Source of the DNA: an uncultured Verrucomicrobiae bacterium
GTDB taxonomy: Bacteria; Verrucomicrobiota; Verrucomicrobiia; Limisphaerales; Palsa-1400
Reading direction: 5' to 3'
Assembly: GCA_963702845.1 (NCBI GenBank)
Contig: OY969763.1
Location: forward strand, 1,344,001 to 1,408,000
DNA: 64,000 nt
A model generated the notes under the pieces. It was not told the origin of the DNA. It saw only the letters and a program-made list of their open reading frames with translations, and ran no database searches. Within the stretch, counting starts at the first letter, position 1; every line of letters begins with the position of its first letter. Positions 9,845-19,379 of this stretch are shown here, piece by piece. The translations under genes were made by a program, and so were the position numbers.

Positions 9845-11304
9845 CTACTCATTATGCGGAACTTTCACCGTGCCTCCTCCCACGAATTCGCGGATGACGG
9901 CGTCGCCTGGGATGATGTCGTAGCTGGTGACTTGGTCGCGCGTGAGGCCTTCGATGGAGTCGAGCAGCGTCTTTGACGCGTTTGTGGCGGATGTGGGCGT
10001 CGAGGAAGCCGGGGTAGGAATCCAACGCTTCGGCGGGCGGGAAGTATCCGCTCGGGCCGGAGAAAAATGGCTTGAGCGCGGGCAGGTCGAACGGGAAGCC
10101 GCCGTTGACGACGTGGTCGGCGGTGCCGTTGAGCGGGATGATGCTGAAGAGTTCGCCGGCGCGGACGTAATGCCAGTGCAACAAGGTGAGCAGGGGACTG
10201 TGATTGCGATGCTGCACGTCGCGCAACATGCGGCGGACGAGGCGCACGTCGGTAAACTTCGTCAACGCGCTTCGTGCTGCCGTCGCCTTCGTACATCGCG
10301 TTCTGCGTTTCGATGTAGAGCTTGAACTGCGCGCTCGCGTCGATGCCTTCGGTGATCGGCGGATACAAACCGTGCAAGCAATCGAGCAACAGGATCTGGT
10401 CCTTCTCGAGCTTCACCGGTTTGGTGGTGGTGCGGCGGCCTTCTTTGAAACTGTAAACCGGTTTCTCGATCGTCTCGCCGTTGAGCAACGCGACGAGGTG
10501 CTGGTTCAAGAGCTGGATGTCCAAGGCTTCGGGCGTTTCGTAATTGCGATCGTTGATCCAATCGGTCGGATGTTCCACGAGCGACCAAAAATAATCGTCG
10601 AGGTTCAACATCAGGAAACGCAGGCCTTGTTTCTGAAGACGTTCGGTGAGCTTGACGGTCGTGGTCGTCTTGCCGCTGGAACTCGGGCCGCTGACCCACA
10701 TCATGCGCAACTTGTCGCCTTTGTTGAGGCGGGCCATGACTTTGGCGGCGGCTTCGTCGAGGGACTTCTCGTAATTGCCGAGGGACTCTTCGACGAGCCC
10801 CTTGAGTTTGCCGCGTCGCACCACTTCGTTCAGGCCGGCGACGGTGTCGACGCCGCGGGCGCGATTCCACTCGAGCACCTTGCTCATGGCCGCGTCCGGG
10901 AAACCGTTGCCGACGAACGTTTCCTTCGTGACCGCGCCTTCGCGCAACCAATGGCGGCCCCAACGATAACAGGCGTAAGCATCGGCCGTGTTCTGGAAAC
11001 CGTAACTGCGCAGCACGTGCAGGACGGTGTCCTGGATCATCTCGATGGTCGGCGGGAAATTGGTGATGAGATGGTGCTCGTCGGAATTGAGGCCGACGAT
11101 GACGGCATCGGCGAGAAACCCGGCGAGGGCTTCATCGGAGTTCCACGTCGCGAAAAGTTTCTCGTTGATGCCGGTGAGGCAATCTTGTTGGAAGCCGCCG
11201 ATGGATTGGCCGGCGCGGAGGATGGCGCGGCGGATTTTGTCGGCATCGAATTTGACGAGCGCCCGATTGCGCTTTTGAACTTTGACAATGCGATTTTGAA
11301 CCAT
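9845..11304 (-). CDS. ATP-cone domain + uridine kinase/PRK-family P-loop kinase fusion (two frameshifts near 10265 and 9970)
   Basis: N-terminus VQKRNRALVKFDADKIRRAI (ATP-cone); GPSSSGKTT, LDDYF, YETPEALD, LDCLHGL. Continues in other frames as DVRLVRRMLRD..HR and DAVIREFVGGG...HNE-stop. Confidence 0.85.
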
Positions 11305-11382
11305 GGGCGAGTATAGGGAAAGTGGGAGCGAGAGTGAAAGTGAAAGTGCGTCACATCGTTGAGAAACATCAATGTTTGCGGC

Positions 11383-11396
11383 CACAAGATGTAGTG
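11383..11396. promoter_or_regulatory. Putative NrdR box
   Basis: CACAAGATGTAGTG fits CACwAnATnTwGTG, about 80 bp upstream of the ATP-cone gene. A weak half-match (CACAAG) lies 30 bp further out. Confidence 0.55.
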
Positions 11397-11454
11397 CGTG
11401 AAGTTAAATCACCACAAGGGTGCGAGCACTAACGATCCAAAGGCGTCGATAAAC

Positions 11455-11823
11455 TCAAGGGACAGTCGGTGTTGCCTGCGGGGCGGTGTTAGGCTGCTTT
11501 TGAGCAGGACACAAAAGCAGGAACATCACGAGTAAAAGGTTGGCCAATGGAACTAAAAGCAAAAGAGCAACCCAACGATTCGTACCAGTCGAAGCGAGTC
11601 TGGGGATAATCGCGAAACGAACGAAGCAGACGACCAAAAAGAGAAATGCCACAAACCACAAGCCGAACAACAGAGTAAGCACAGGCAAATTCTCTTTGCC
11701 CCGGCCGGTGGAAAAATACAAAGCCCACCGAAAGGAAACCTGGAGAGCCATTGAAGCGATGACGCCAAGAATAAACCAGCCCAGAAAAGCTGCTCTACCA
11801 ATCGGCTTTGGAAATGTGCTCAT
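11455..11823 (-). CDS. Small membrane protein (DUF805-like)
   Basis: IGR..F, three hydrophobic segments, RL...G...W.ALLLLVPLANL...LLLCP. Confidence 0.7.
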   Translation of the reverse strand: MSTFPKPIGRAAFLGWFILGVIASMALQVSFRWALYFSTGRGKENLPVLTLLFGLWFVAFLFLVVCFVRFAIIPRLASTGTNRWVALLLLVPLANLLLVMFLLLCPAQKQPNTAPQATPTVP

Positions 11824-11910
11824 ATTTCTGGTGGTCTAATAATTAATGTACGACAACTGTTCGCATGTTTTCGAAAGATGAACAAGGCTTTTTGCTGCGG
11901 GCACGGAATG

Positions 11911-12036
11911 GGAAAGCGGCAGGGGAGTCGAACGTCGGCCTCGCATGCAGCCGCAGTCCAAAAGCTTCGCCGGTTTCGGGGCGCGGTGGATTGTCGCGGC
12001 AGCGTCTTGGAGTGCGCCAGTCCTCTGGCGCTTTCC
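11911..12036. repeat. REP-like palindromic doublet (inverted pair)
   Basis: ggaaagcggc...gccgcagtccaaa faces ttggagtgcgccagtcctctggcgctttcc; each has an internal hairpin with a (A/T)GTCCAA/CTCCAA tail. Confidence 0.65.
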
Positions 12037-12082
12037 CATTGGCGGTTCAGCGGAGGGTTTATCTATGCGCCGGATAGCATCG

Positions 12083-12271
12083 GGCGCACGCCGGAGTGTT
12101 TACGGCGCACAGTTAGAGGCAGGCGGCGTGAGTCTTGGAAAAACAGGCGTGGGCCGGAAGCATTACGGCGTGCCACTTAATAAAATCGGCGTGCGTCTTT
12201 ACATATAAGGCGTGCGACTGAATTTATCAGTCGTGCACCGGAAATGTTCCGGCGTGCGGTTATTCGCTTCA
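12083..12271. repeat. 21-bp-period array, 9 units, conserved GGCG(TG/CA) core with variable remainder
   Basis: Cores start at 12083, 12104, 12125, 12146, 12167, 12188, 12209, 12230 (gtcgtg) and 12251. Confidence 0.9.
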
Positions 12272-12360
12272 GCCAGCACCGCGAAGCCTTCGTCGGCCCC
12301 AACCAACCAGTCAACTAAGTGGTTGACTGTCAAGCGCAGGTTGATATTTTGAGCGGCCTT

Positions 12361-12981
12361 ATGGCTAAATCGGACTTCATGCCCAAACAGGACGGCGCTA
12401 TCGCCACCTGGCACGATTGCTTCACCCACGGTTTGCCCGGCCTCGCCGCCAAATACGGCATCAGTGCGGGCGATGTTGCTACCGCTGTCACCCATAATTC
12501 TACCTACAAAACAAATTTGACCGATGCCAACGCCAAGGTCGCCGCGGCCCAGGCCTCCGTGTCCGAGAAGGACGCCAGTCGCGACACCGCCGTCTCGTTC
12601 GCGCGCGCGGTGGGTCGCCGCATCAAGGCGCATCCGGATTACGACCCCGCCGACGGCGCGTTGCTTGGCATCATCGGGCACGATCGCACGGTGGACTTGC
12701 GCACGCGCGCGCCGCACTTGCTCGGGCGCGACCACGGGCGCGGCCGGGTGGAGTTGCGGTTCAAGAAGTCTTCGGCCGATGGCATCAAGGTTTATTGCAA
12801 GCGCGGCGAGGAGACGACGTGGACGCATATTTCGACGAACACGCGCACAAAGTTTTTCGATGAACGCCCGTTGTTGGTGGCGGGCAAGCCGGAGCTGCGC
12901 CTTTATCGCGCGCATTATATTTTGCGCGACGCGGACATCGGCGAGTACAGCCAGGAATTGGAAATCACCTGCGCGCCGTGA
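12361..12981 (+). CDS. Hypothetical protein: N-terminal helical bundle + C-terminal FN3-like beta-sandwich, no signal peptide
   Basis: MAKSDFMPKQD...W...F...L..LAAKYGI helices, RRIKAHPDY....G.LLGI linker, then VELRFKK..DGIKVY..RG...W.....T...F.D.RP....PE.R.YRA.Y strands. Confidence 0.8.
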   Translation: MAKSDFMPKQDGAIATWHDCFTHGLPGLAAKYGISAGDVATAVTHNSTYKTNLTDANAKVAAAQASVSEKDASRDTAVSFARAVGRRIKAHPDYDPADGALLGIIGHDRTVDLRTRAPHLLGRDHGRGRVELRFKKSSADGIKVYCKRGEETTWTHISTNTRTKFFDERPLLVAGKPELRLYRAHYILRDADIGEYSQELEITCAP

Positions 12982-13028
12982 GCCATCGCGCTCCGGAACA
13001 TGTCACTTGTTCGGCCTGTGGTGGAAGA

Positions 13029-13220
13029 TCAGTCGAACAGGTCCATAATCGCTCTCTGAAATTTTGGCGCGTGGTCTAATGCGTAAAGGAGTGGGGCGTA
13101 AATGTGTTGAAGAACGGTCAACGCATGGCTGCTGGTATTCCAATGCCCGGTACGGACCAAACAAACTGCCACGCCAAAACTCAACAGATACAAAAAGCAG
13201 ATCGACACGAGAATCTCCAC
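13029..13220 (-). CDS. Small hypothetical membrane protein
   Basis: Hydrophobic LYLLSFG.AV.L segment and IYAPL motif; start uncertain. Confidence 0.45.
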   Translation of the reverse strand: MEILVSICFLYLLSFGVAVCLVRTGHWNTSSHALTVLQHIYAPLLYALDHAPKFQRAIMDLFD

Positions 13221-13425
13221 GGCGTTCTTGAAAAATCTCCAAGTGGTCCAGAGCTTCGGACTGTCCTCCTCGTTACTGTTCGGCGTCGTTTTCGTTTCCG
13301 CAGAGTAGAACGGAACAACGCCCTGGTGTCGACGCGGTTGTTTGCGGGCGGTGGTGAGAATTGCGAGGCGACATTAAAGCAACTCCCGATACCGGCACAT
13401 CGGCAGGCGTGTCATAAATGCCGGC

Positions 13426-13722
13426 ATGAAAAAGCGCCTGATTCCGATTGCCTGTGCACTCACCGTCGGTTTGCTGTCCGCCAGGTCTCAATCTCTGTCC
13501 ACGGAGAGCGTCACTGATGTTGCGGCTGACGCATTCGTCGTGCGACCGGTGGCATTTGTGGGAACGGTTATTGGCTCGGTGGTGTTCGTGGTGACTCTGC
13601 CGTTCACAGCACCTAGTTGTGGCGTGCGGACGGCGGCTCACGCCCTGGTAGTGGTCCCGGCGCACTATACTTTCACGCGTCCACTCGGCGAGCTGGAGAC
13701 ATGGGACGTGGATGCTTTTTGA
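13426..13722 (+). CDS. Small exported/membrane hypothetical protein
   Basis: Signal peptide; D.FVVRP...GTVIG..VFVVTLPF...LVV.PA.YTF.RPLG. Confidence 0.8.
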   Translation: MKKRLIPIACALTVGLLSARSQSLSTESVTDVAADAFVVRPVAFVGTVIGSVVFVVTLPFTAPSCGVRTAAHALVVVPAHYTFTRPLGELETWDVDAF

Positions 13723-13734
13723 TCTTCGCGCAAG

Positions 13735-14718
13735 TTAGGGCACGAGAACAGCGGCGCCCTGGAGCTCGCCATGACGCAACGCGTCGAGTGCTTCGTTGGC
13801 TTTCACGAGCGGGAATGGTTCTGTTTGTGTCCGAACCGGAACCTTCGGCGCAATCGCCAGGAATTCCTCGCCGTCGCGACGGGTGAGATTGGCGACGGAG
13901 GTGATGGTGCGTTCGTGCCACAGGAGTTCGTAGGGGAAGCTTGGGATGTCGCTCATGTGAATGCCGCCGCAGACGACGGTGCCGCCGGGAGCAAGAGCTG
14001 CGAGAGCTTGCGGAATGAGCGAGCCGACGGGAGCGAAGAGGATGGCGGCGTCGAGAGGTTCGGGTGGTTGATCGCCGGAGTTGCCGGCCCAAACTGCGCC
14101 GAGTGATTTGGCGAAAGTTTGTGCCGTGGTGTCGCCGGGTCGGGTGAAGGCGAACACTTTGCGGCCCTGAAATGTTGCGACTTGCGCAATGATGTGAGCC
14201 GCGGCGCCGAAACCGTAGATGCCGAGACGTTGGGCGTCGCCAGTTTTCCCGAGTGAACGGTAACCGATCAGGCCGGCACAAAGTAACGGGGCGGCTTCGA
14301 CGTCGGTGTAGTCGCCGTGGATTGGGAAGCAGAAACGTTCGTCGGCGACGGTGTATTCGGCGTAACCGCCATCGAGTGTGTAGCCGTTGAAACGGGCGTT
14401 CGGGCAAAGGTTTTCGCGGCCGCTACGGCAATACGTGCATTCACCATCAGTCCAGCCGAGCCACGGAATTCCGACGCGGTCGCCGGGGTTGAATCGTTTT
14501 GCGTCCGCGCCAGATTCGACGACGTGGCCGATGATTTGGTGGCCGAGGATGAGTGGGAGTTTTGGATTTGGTAACTCGCCATCGATGACGTGGAGATCAG
14601 TCCGGCAAACGGCGCAGGCGGAGACTTTGATGAGGACCTGGCGCGGGGTTGGTGTGGGAGTTGGTTGGTCTGATTCGACCAGCGGTTTGCCGATTTCAGT
14701 TAGTAGCATCGCGCGCAT
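13735..14718 (-). CDS. Zinc-dependent alcohol dehydrogenase family protein
   Basis: CAVCRTDLH, LGHQIIG, GDRVGIPW, C.YC.SG.ENLC, AAPLLCAG, GIYGFGAAA. Confidence 0.95.
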   Translation of the reverse strand: MRAMLLTEIGKPLVESDQPTPTPTPRQVLIKVSACAVCRTDLHVIDGELPNPKLPLILGHQIIGHVVESGADAKRFNPGDRVGIPWLGWTDGECTYCRSGRENLCPNARFNGYTLDGGYAEYTVADERFCFPIHGDYTDVEAAPLLCAGLIGYRSLGKTGDAQRLGIYGFGAAAHIIAQVATFQGRKVFAFTRPGDTTAQTFAKSLGAVWAGNSGDQPPEPLDAAILFAPVGSLIPQALAALAPGGTVVCGGIHMSDIPSFPYELLWHERTITSVANLTRRDGEEFLAIAPKVPVRTQTEPFPLVKANEALDALRHGELQGAAVLVP

Positions 14719-14771
14719 AACAAAAGTTAGCACGGCTTGAACCAGCACGGCGGGTCTGTTACAAACGCACG

Positions 14772-15179
14772 ATGGCAAAAGCATCTGCAAACAAGGACCA
14801 GCAACGGCTCACTAAACTCGCGCGCGAGGCGATGAAGAATGCTTACGCGCCCTATTCGGACTTTCGCGTGGGAGCGGCGATTTTGTTGAAGGACGGACGA
14901 GTTTTCACCGGGTGCAACGTGGAGAATGCTTCTTACGGGCTGACGATTTGCGCGGAGCGGAATGCGATTTTTGCAGCGGTCGCGGCGAGTAAGAAGAAGC
15001 CAGAGATCGAGGCGGTGGTGGTTTTGAATCATCGCGGGGTGCCTTGTTCGCCATGTGGAGCATGCCGGCAGGTGATCGCGGAGTTCGGGCCGAATGCGGC
15101 GGTGTCGTATCTCGGTGTAAAAAGCATGGTGACCCGGACGATGCGGGAACTTTTGGTGGATGGGTTTGTGTTGGAATAA
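14772..15179 (+). CDS. cdd: Cytidine deaminase (homotetrameric type)
   Basis: AYAPYSDFRVGAA, GCNVENASYGLTICAER, SPCGACRQ. Confidence 0.96.
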   Translation: MAKASANKDQQRLTKLAREAMKNAYAPYSDFRVGAAILLKDGRVFTGCNVENASYGLTICAERNAIFAAVAASKKKPEIEAVVVLNHRGVPCSPCGACRQVIAEFGPNAAVSYLGVKSMVTRTMRELLVDGFVLE

Positions 15180-15253
15180 TCTTTTCGTAAGGCCCCGATT
15201 GCTGTAGAAGATAACTGCAAAAAAGCAGGGCTTCTTCCCCGCAACAAAAGCAA

Positions 15254-15796
15254 ATGGACCAGTCTCAACAAGGCGAAGTGTTGTTTCGCGAAATTCAATG
15301 GTACCAGCCACGGTGGCTGTGGGTGCTCGTATTAGGCGTGGCCGCACTGGATTGGTATTTCGGGTTCGCGCACGGTTTGTTGCACAACCCGATGCGGCAT
15401 GGTCTCTATACTATTTCCTTGGTTATTCTAGGCGTGCTCGCGCCGCTGTTTCTTTGCACGTATCGGCAATTGACCGAGGTGCGTCGGGACGGGATCCACG
15501 TCACACGTTCGCCTTTTCCGCGTAGTTCGACAGTGATTCGGTTTTCGCAGTTTTACCGGTATCAACCGCGCGTTTGCAGTCCGATTTATGCGGCCGGCGG
15601 TTGGGGAATTTCACAAGGCTGGCAAGGACAGGCGTTCAACATGGGCGGACCGAACGCGGTGGAATTGTGTTTAGTTGGTGGTGGCCGCGTCCTGATTGGC
15701 TCATGCAAGCAGCGGCAGTTGCTCGATACGTTGCATCACTTGTGCCAGCCGAAACGAACCAGTGCGTCGACCGAATCTGCCATCAGCGTCAGCTAG
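15254..15796 (+). CDS. Hypothetical membrane protein (two TM helices + PH-like C-terminus)
   Basis: FREIQW, two hydrophobic helices, GGWGI, G..AVEL....G.RVLIGS. Confidence 0.75.
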   Translation: MDQSQQGEVLFREIQWYQPRWLWVLVLGVAALDWYFGFAHGLLHNPMRHGLYTISLVILGVLAPLFLCTYRQLTEVRRDGIHVTRSPFPRSSTVIRFSQFYRYQPRVCSPIYAAGGWGISQGWQGQAFNMGGPNAVELCLVGGGRVLIGSCKQRQLLDTLHHLCQPKRTSASTESAISVS

Positions 15797-16929
15797 GGCG
15801 ATTGGAGCAGAACGAGGGTGTTGGCGACGTGGCGTAGAACGCCTTTTTCGGAGGGGTGATTTATAACTTTCCCATTCAGCCACATGGTCGTGGAACCGCC
15901 ACCGTCGAGATTCATCGCTTCTTTACAACCTAAACGAACCATCAGCGCCCCGAGTTCGGGAAAGGTCATGCCCACGGACAGATCGGGTTTGCGCCCGTCG
16001 ACGACGACCATCAAAAACTCATGATCGTTCCAGCCAATGGCGGTGCGCGGATTGCGTTCACGGAGGTGGTCGGCCTTGCCGGGTTTTAGCTCTTGAAGGT
16101 TTTTGCCGTTGCGCACGAGAGCGGGGCCGCCGCCAATCGCGGTGCGAATGCCGGTGAGAGCAGGAGTGACGGATAAGCTGATTGTGACGTCGTCGCCGGT
16201 GGAGAGGGTGGGTAGACGTTGGGCGAGTTTTGGTCCAAGCGACAGGACCATTGTGTCCGGACGGATGGCGGTGTTCCCGCTATTGTGAACTTCGGCGATT
16301 TTGGCGGAGATCTTTTCTCCGGTGTGGGCGGGCAACCATTCGGTCGCGCCGTTTGATTGCAGCACAACTTCAACACCGTTGCTGGTGCGAGTCGATGGCC
16401 CGAGGGCGGGAGTGAGCAAGGTTGCTTTGTTGTCTGCGCGAGTTTCGTTGAACCCAATGTTGATGGTTTTGGATTGCGGCAAAGTGACTTTGAAATCTGG
16501 CTTAACGCGATCCATGTGCGGCTTGCCGTCGGCATCGACCCAGAACGCAACCTCGCGCCACGGGCCGCTGACGAGTTCGCCGTCGATGATTTGCAGGCCG
16601 CGCGGGTCGCCTTGATAAGGTTCTTTTTTGATGAGGAAGAAGTCGCCGTTCACGGCAGCGATCGGGCGACCGAGAGTTTTTGGCATGGCGGCGACTTGTT
16701 CAGGCACTGTGGCGAGACCGAAGACGGTTCCGCGCGCGAGCGTGGTGGTCAGATGGAGTTCGGGATGGTTTAGCTCGAACCTGGTGACGTGAATGGACCA
16801 CGGGCCGGATTTGTCGGTCAGATGGGTATAAGTGACGCCCGGCACGATGGGTCGATTATCGGCAGCGGCAGCATCGAATGAAATAAAAACTATCAGAAGC
16901 GCCAGAAGCGCGGAAATTGAGCGACTCAT
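15793..16929 (-). CDS. Phosphodiester glycosidase (NAGPA) family protein
   Basis: Signal peptide; AAVNGDFF, AIGGGP.LV, RNPRTAIG, VVDGR, AMNLDGGGSTT. Confidence 0.92.
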   Translation of the reverse strand: MSRSISALLALLIVFISFDAAAADNRPIVPGVTYTHLTDKSGPWSIHVTRFELNHPELHLTTTLARGTVFGLATVPEQVAAMPKTLGRPIAAVNGDFFLIKKEPYQGDPRGLQIIDGELVSGPWREVAFWVDADGKPHMDRVKPDFKVTLPQSKTINIGFNETRADNKATLLTPALGPSTRTSNGVEVVLQSNGATEWLPAHTGEKISAKIAEVHNSGNTAIRPDTMVLSLGPKLAQRLPTLSTGDDVTISLSVTPALTGIRTAIGGGPALVRNGKNLQELKPGKADHLRERNPRTAIGWNDHEFLMVVVDGRKPDLSVGMTFPELGALMVRLGCKEAMNLDGGGSTTMWLNGKVINHPSEKGVLRHVANTLVLLQSP

Positions 16930-18113
16930 TGGGTTTGAGTGTCGAGCCAACGTTGGAAGGCTTCGGGGCCGAGAATTTTTTCGAGTGATTTTTGTTGTTC
17001 CACCTGTGCGGCGCCCAGCGCTTCAACTTTTTCTTCGGTCGTCATCGTGTCGTCAGAGCGAATGCGATCGAGTTCACTTTGTGTCAAACGATTGATTTGG
17101 TAAATCGGAATAATTGACTCAGCCGGGACACCGAGGCGTTCGGCGGTGGCTTTGGAAGTGCGGAAGACGGGGTCCTGATTCAGTTCGTAGACGGCGAAGC
17201 GTTCGTCGCCGAGGGCGCGGCGCATGATTTCGTCACGCTGGGCTTCGAGCTGGGCGCGGTGCTGGAGGCGAGTGGCATCGTCACCGGTGTAATTAAGGTC
17301 GGGGTCGGTTTGGATTTGATCGCGCTGTTTGTAGAGCGCGCGGAATTCGTCGGGGTTGAGATCCATGCCATGGAGTTCGTCACGGAGCTGGTTGGCGGTT
17401 GAGGAATAGCGCAGTTGGTATTCTTCGAGCTGTTGTTGGTTGAGAACCTTGGCGAGTTCGTCACGGAGTTCCTGGCGGATTTTTGCAATCTCGCGCGGAT
17501 CAATTGGTTTGTCGGCCTGACGTTGTGCGTCCTGGTAAGCGTCGATGCGTTGCTGGGCGCGAACGGCAGCGTCGTAGACGAATTGTTTGGTGGCAGGAGC
17601 GAGGTCGCCAAGAATTGGACCGGCCAGGCTGACGCCAGTGCGAGCGGGCGGGAGCGCGTTGCTTTCGGTATCCCAGCCGGGGCCGAGAAGTTTGGTGAGC
17701 AGGTTTTTTCGTTCCGTCTCGAGTTCTTTGACTTTGGCGGCGGCTTTGTTGATGAGTTCAGGATCAGGGTCGGAACGCCACCATTGTTGCTCGGGCGCGA
17801 CGACTTCGGTGACGCGACGATGGGAGTAGAGTTGGTTGACGTCGGCGACGATGATGTCGCGAATGGTTTTTTCCGGGCAGCCGATGGAACGAAGATTTTT
17901 GATGTAGGTGACGTAGTCGATGGATTCGACTTCTTCCCAGGTGAAATTTTGGCGACGGACGACGACGTTGGTGCGGTAGCGCGTTTCGCCGATACCAGCG
18001 ACCTCAGGTGCGGAGGCGCCTGGCGTACCCGAGTTGTGCCGTGCAACGAGCCATGCCCCGAGCAGGAGCACGTTCAGGCCCAACGAAATAATGAACCAAG
18101 AGCGCGACCGCAT
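16926..18113 (-). CDS. Conserved hypothetical membrane-anchored all-helical protein
   Basis: 395-aa ORF; N-terminal TM helix, F.WEEVES.DY.TYI.NLR.IGCPE.TIRDII.ADVN motif. Confidence 0.8.
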   Translation of the reverse strand: MRSRSWFIISLGLNVLLLGAWLVARHNSGTPGASAPEVAGIGETRYRTNVVVRRQNFTWEEVESIDYVTYIKNLRSIGCPEKTIRDIIVADVNQLYSHRRVTEVVAPEQQWWRSDPDPELINKAAAKVKELETERKNLLTKLLGPGWDTESNALPPARTGVSLAGPILGDLAPATKQFVYDAAVRAQQRIDAYQDAQRQADKPIDPREIAKIRQELRDELAKVLNQQQLEEYQLRYSSTANQLRDELHGMDLNPDEFRALYKQRDQIQTDPDLNYTGDDATRLQHRAQLEAQRDEIMRRALGDERFAVYELNQDPVFRTSKATAERLGVPAESIIPIYQINRLTQSELDRIRSDDTMTTEEKVEALGAAQVEQQKSLEKILGPEAFQRWLDTQTQ

Positions 18114-18212
18114 GAGTTATGTTTCGCCGAAAGAGGGGGCGGTTGCAATCCGTTTCGGCGGTTGGTTACCGAATCGATCAAGAATGGAACGGCACGCGCG
18201 GAGCGACGCGAC

Positions 18213-19379
18213 CTACCTTTGGAGCAATTCCATGTAAGCGGTGGAGGCTTTGTCCCAGGAAAATTGCGAGGCGTGCGAAATGATTTTGTCTTCTTCCACG
18301 GGTTGATTGAGGATATTTGCGACAGTTGCCGCGAAGTTTTTTGGAGTTGGGGCGTCGGCCAAAGCACCAAAGGCCGGTTCGTTCACGACTTCGCTAATTC
18401 CGCCGACGTTCGTGGAAACGACGCGCAGGCCGCAGGCGAAGGCTTCAAGGATGACGTTGGGCAATCCTTCGTTGTGACTGGACATGCAAAGCAAATCGGC
18501 GGCTTGCATGTAACGAGCGACTTCGGCGGGCGATTTGCGGCCGGGCATCACGACATTTGAGCCTATGCCGAGTGCTTCAGCCTGGCGGCGCATTTCGGTT
18601 TCGAGCGGACCGCTGCCCAGGAATATAAGGTTGTAGGTGCGGTTAGGGTGAAGACGGCAGAGTTCGGCATGGGCCGCAATCAGCAATTTTGGATTTTTGA
18701 TCGGCAGGAAATTGCCGACGAAAAGAAGGACGGTTGCTGATTGGTTGAGCTTGAGTTCGCGTCGGGCTGCGGTTTTGTCGCTGGGATGGAAAATGCGAAA
18801 GTCGACGCCGTTGTAGATGACTTTTAGTTTCTGTTTATCGAAACCGGCGTCAGCAAGCATCGTGGACAATTGCGCGCTACGAGTGATGATCGATTCGGCG
18901 CTGGGCAGATATTTTTGGATGATGCGCCGGCGCGTGGGCATGCGGAGGTATTGATGGATGTCGGAGCCCTGGGCGATGGCGATGAATTTGAAATTTTGTT
19001 CGACGGCGATTTTGGCGACGGCGCAAGCGTCGGGATAAATCCACGAGCAGAGGACAATGTCGAAAGGGAATGATTGGCGCACGCGCGCGATTTCGTTGCG
19101 TATTCCGCGCGCCATCAAGAGATGATTGAAGGGGCCGCCGATTTTCGGGAGGTAACTGACCGTTGGGTAAAACGGCGCAAACGGTTTGTCGTCCATGCAC
19201 GCTACCGGTTGACGTGTGCGGCTTTTGAAGGGCAGGGTGGGACGTGGCGCGATGACGCGAATGTCGCAGTCGCGCGCAAGGAGGCGCAGGAGAACGGCAT
19301 TGTCAGAGCCGCGATTTGGATTTTCGGCGTCGGGGAAGAGATTCGAAACGAACAGGACTTTTAGTTTCTGTCCGTTCAC
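18213..19379 (-). CDS. Glycosyltransferase family 4
   Basis: Likely GTG start (VNGQKLKVLFVSNLFP); GSDI, VIYNGVD, EGLPNVILEAFACG.RVVSTNVGG. Confidence 0.92.
   Translation of the reverse strand: MNGQKLKVLFVSNLFPDAENPNRGSDNAVLLRLLARDCDIRVIAPRPTLPFKSRTRQPVACMDDKPFAPFYPTVSYLPKIGGPFNHLLMARGIRNEIARVRQSFPFDIVLCSWIYPDACAVAKIAVEQNFKFIAIAQGSDIHQYLRMPTRRRIIQKYLPSAESIITRSAQLSTMLADAGFDKQKLKVIYNGVDFRIFHPSDKTAARRELKLNQSATVLLFVGNFLPIKNPKLLIAAHAELCRLHPNRTYNLIFLGSGPLETEMRRQAEALGIGSNVVMPGRKSPAEVARYMQAADLLCMSSHNEGLPNVILEAFACGLRVVSTNVGGISEVVNEPAFGALADAPTPKNFAATVANILNQPVEEDKIISHASQFSWDKASTAYMELLQR

Noticed and set aside
12083..12271. CRISPR array
   Set aside because: Conserved part is only 6-7 nt, the unit is 21 nt and no cas genes are present; reported as a non-CRISPR periodic array.
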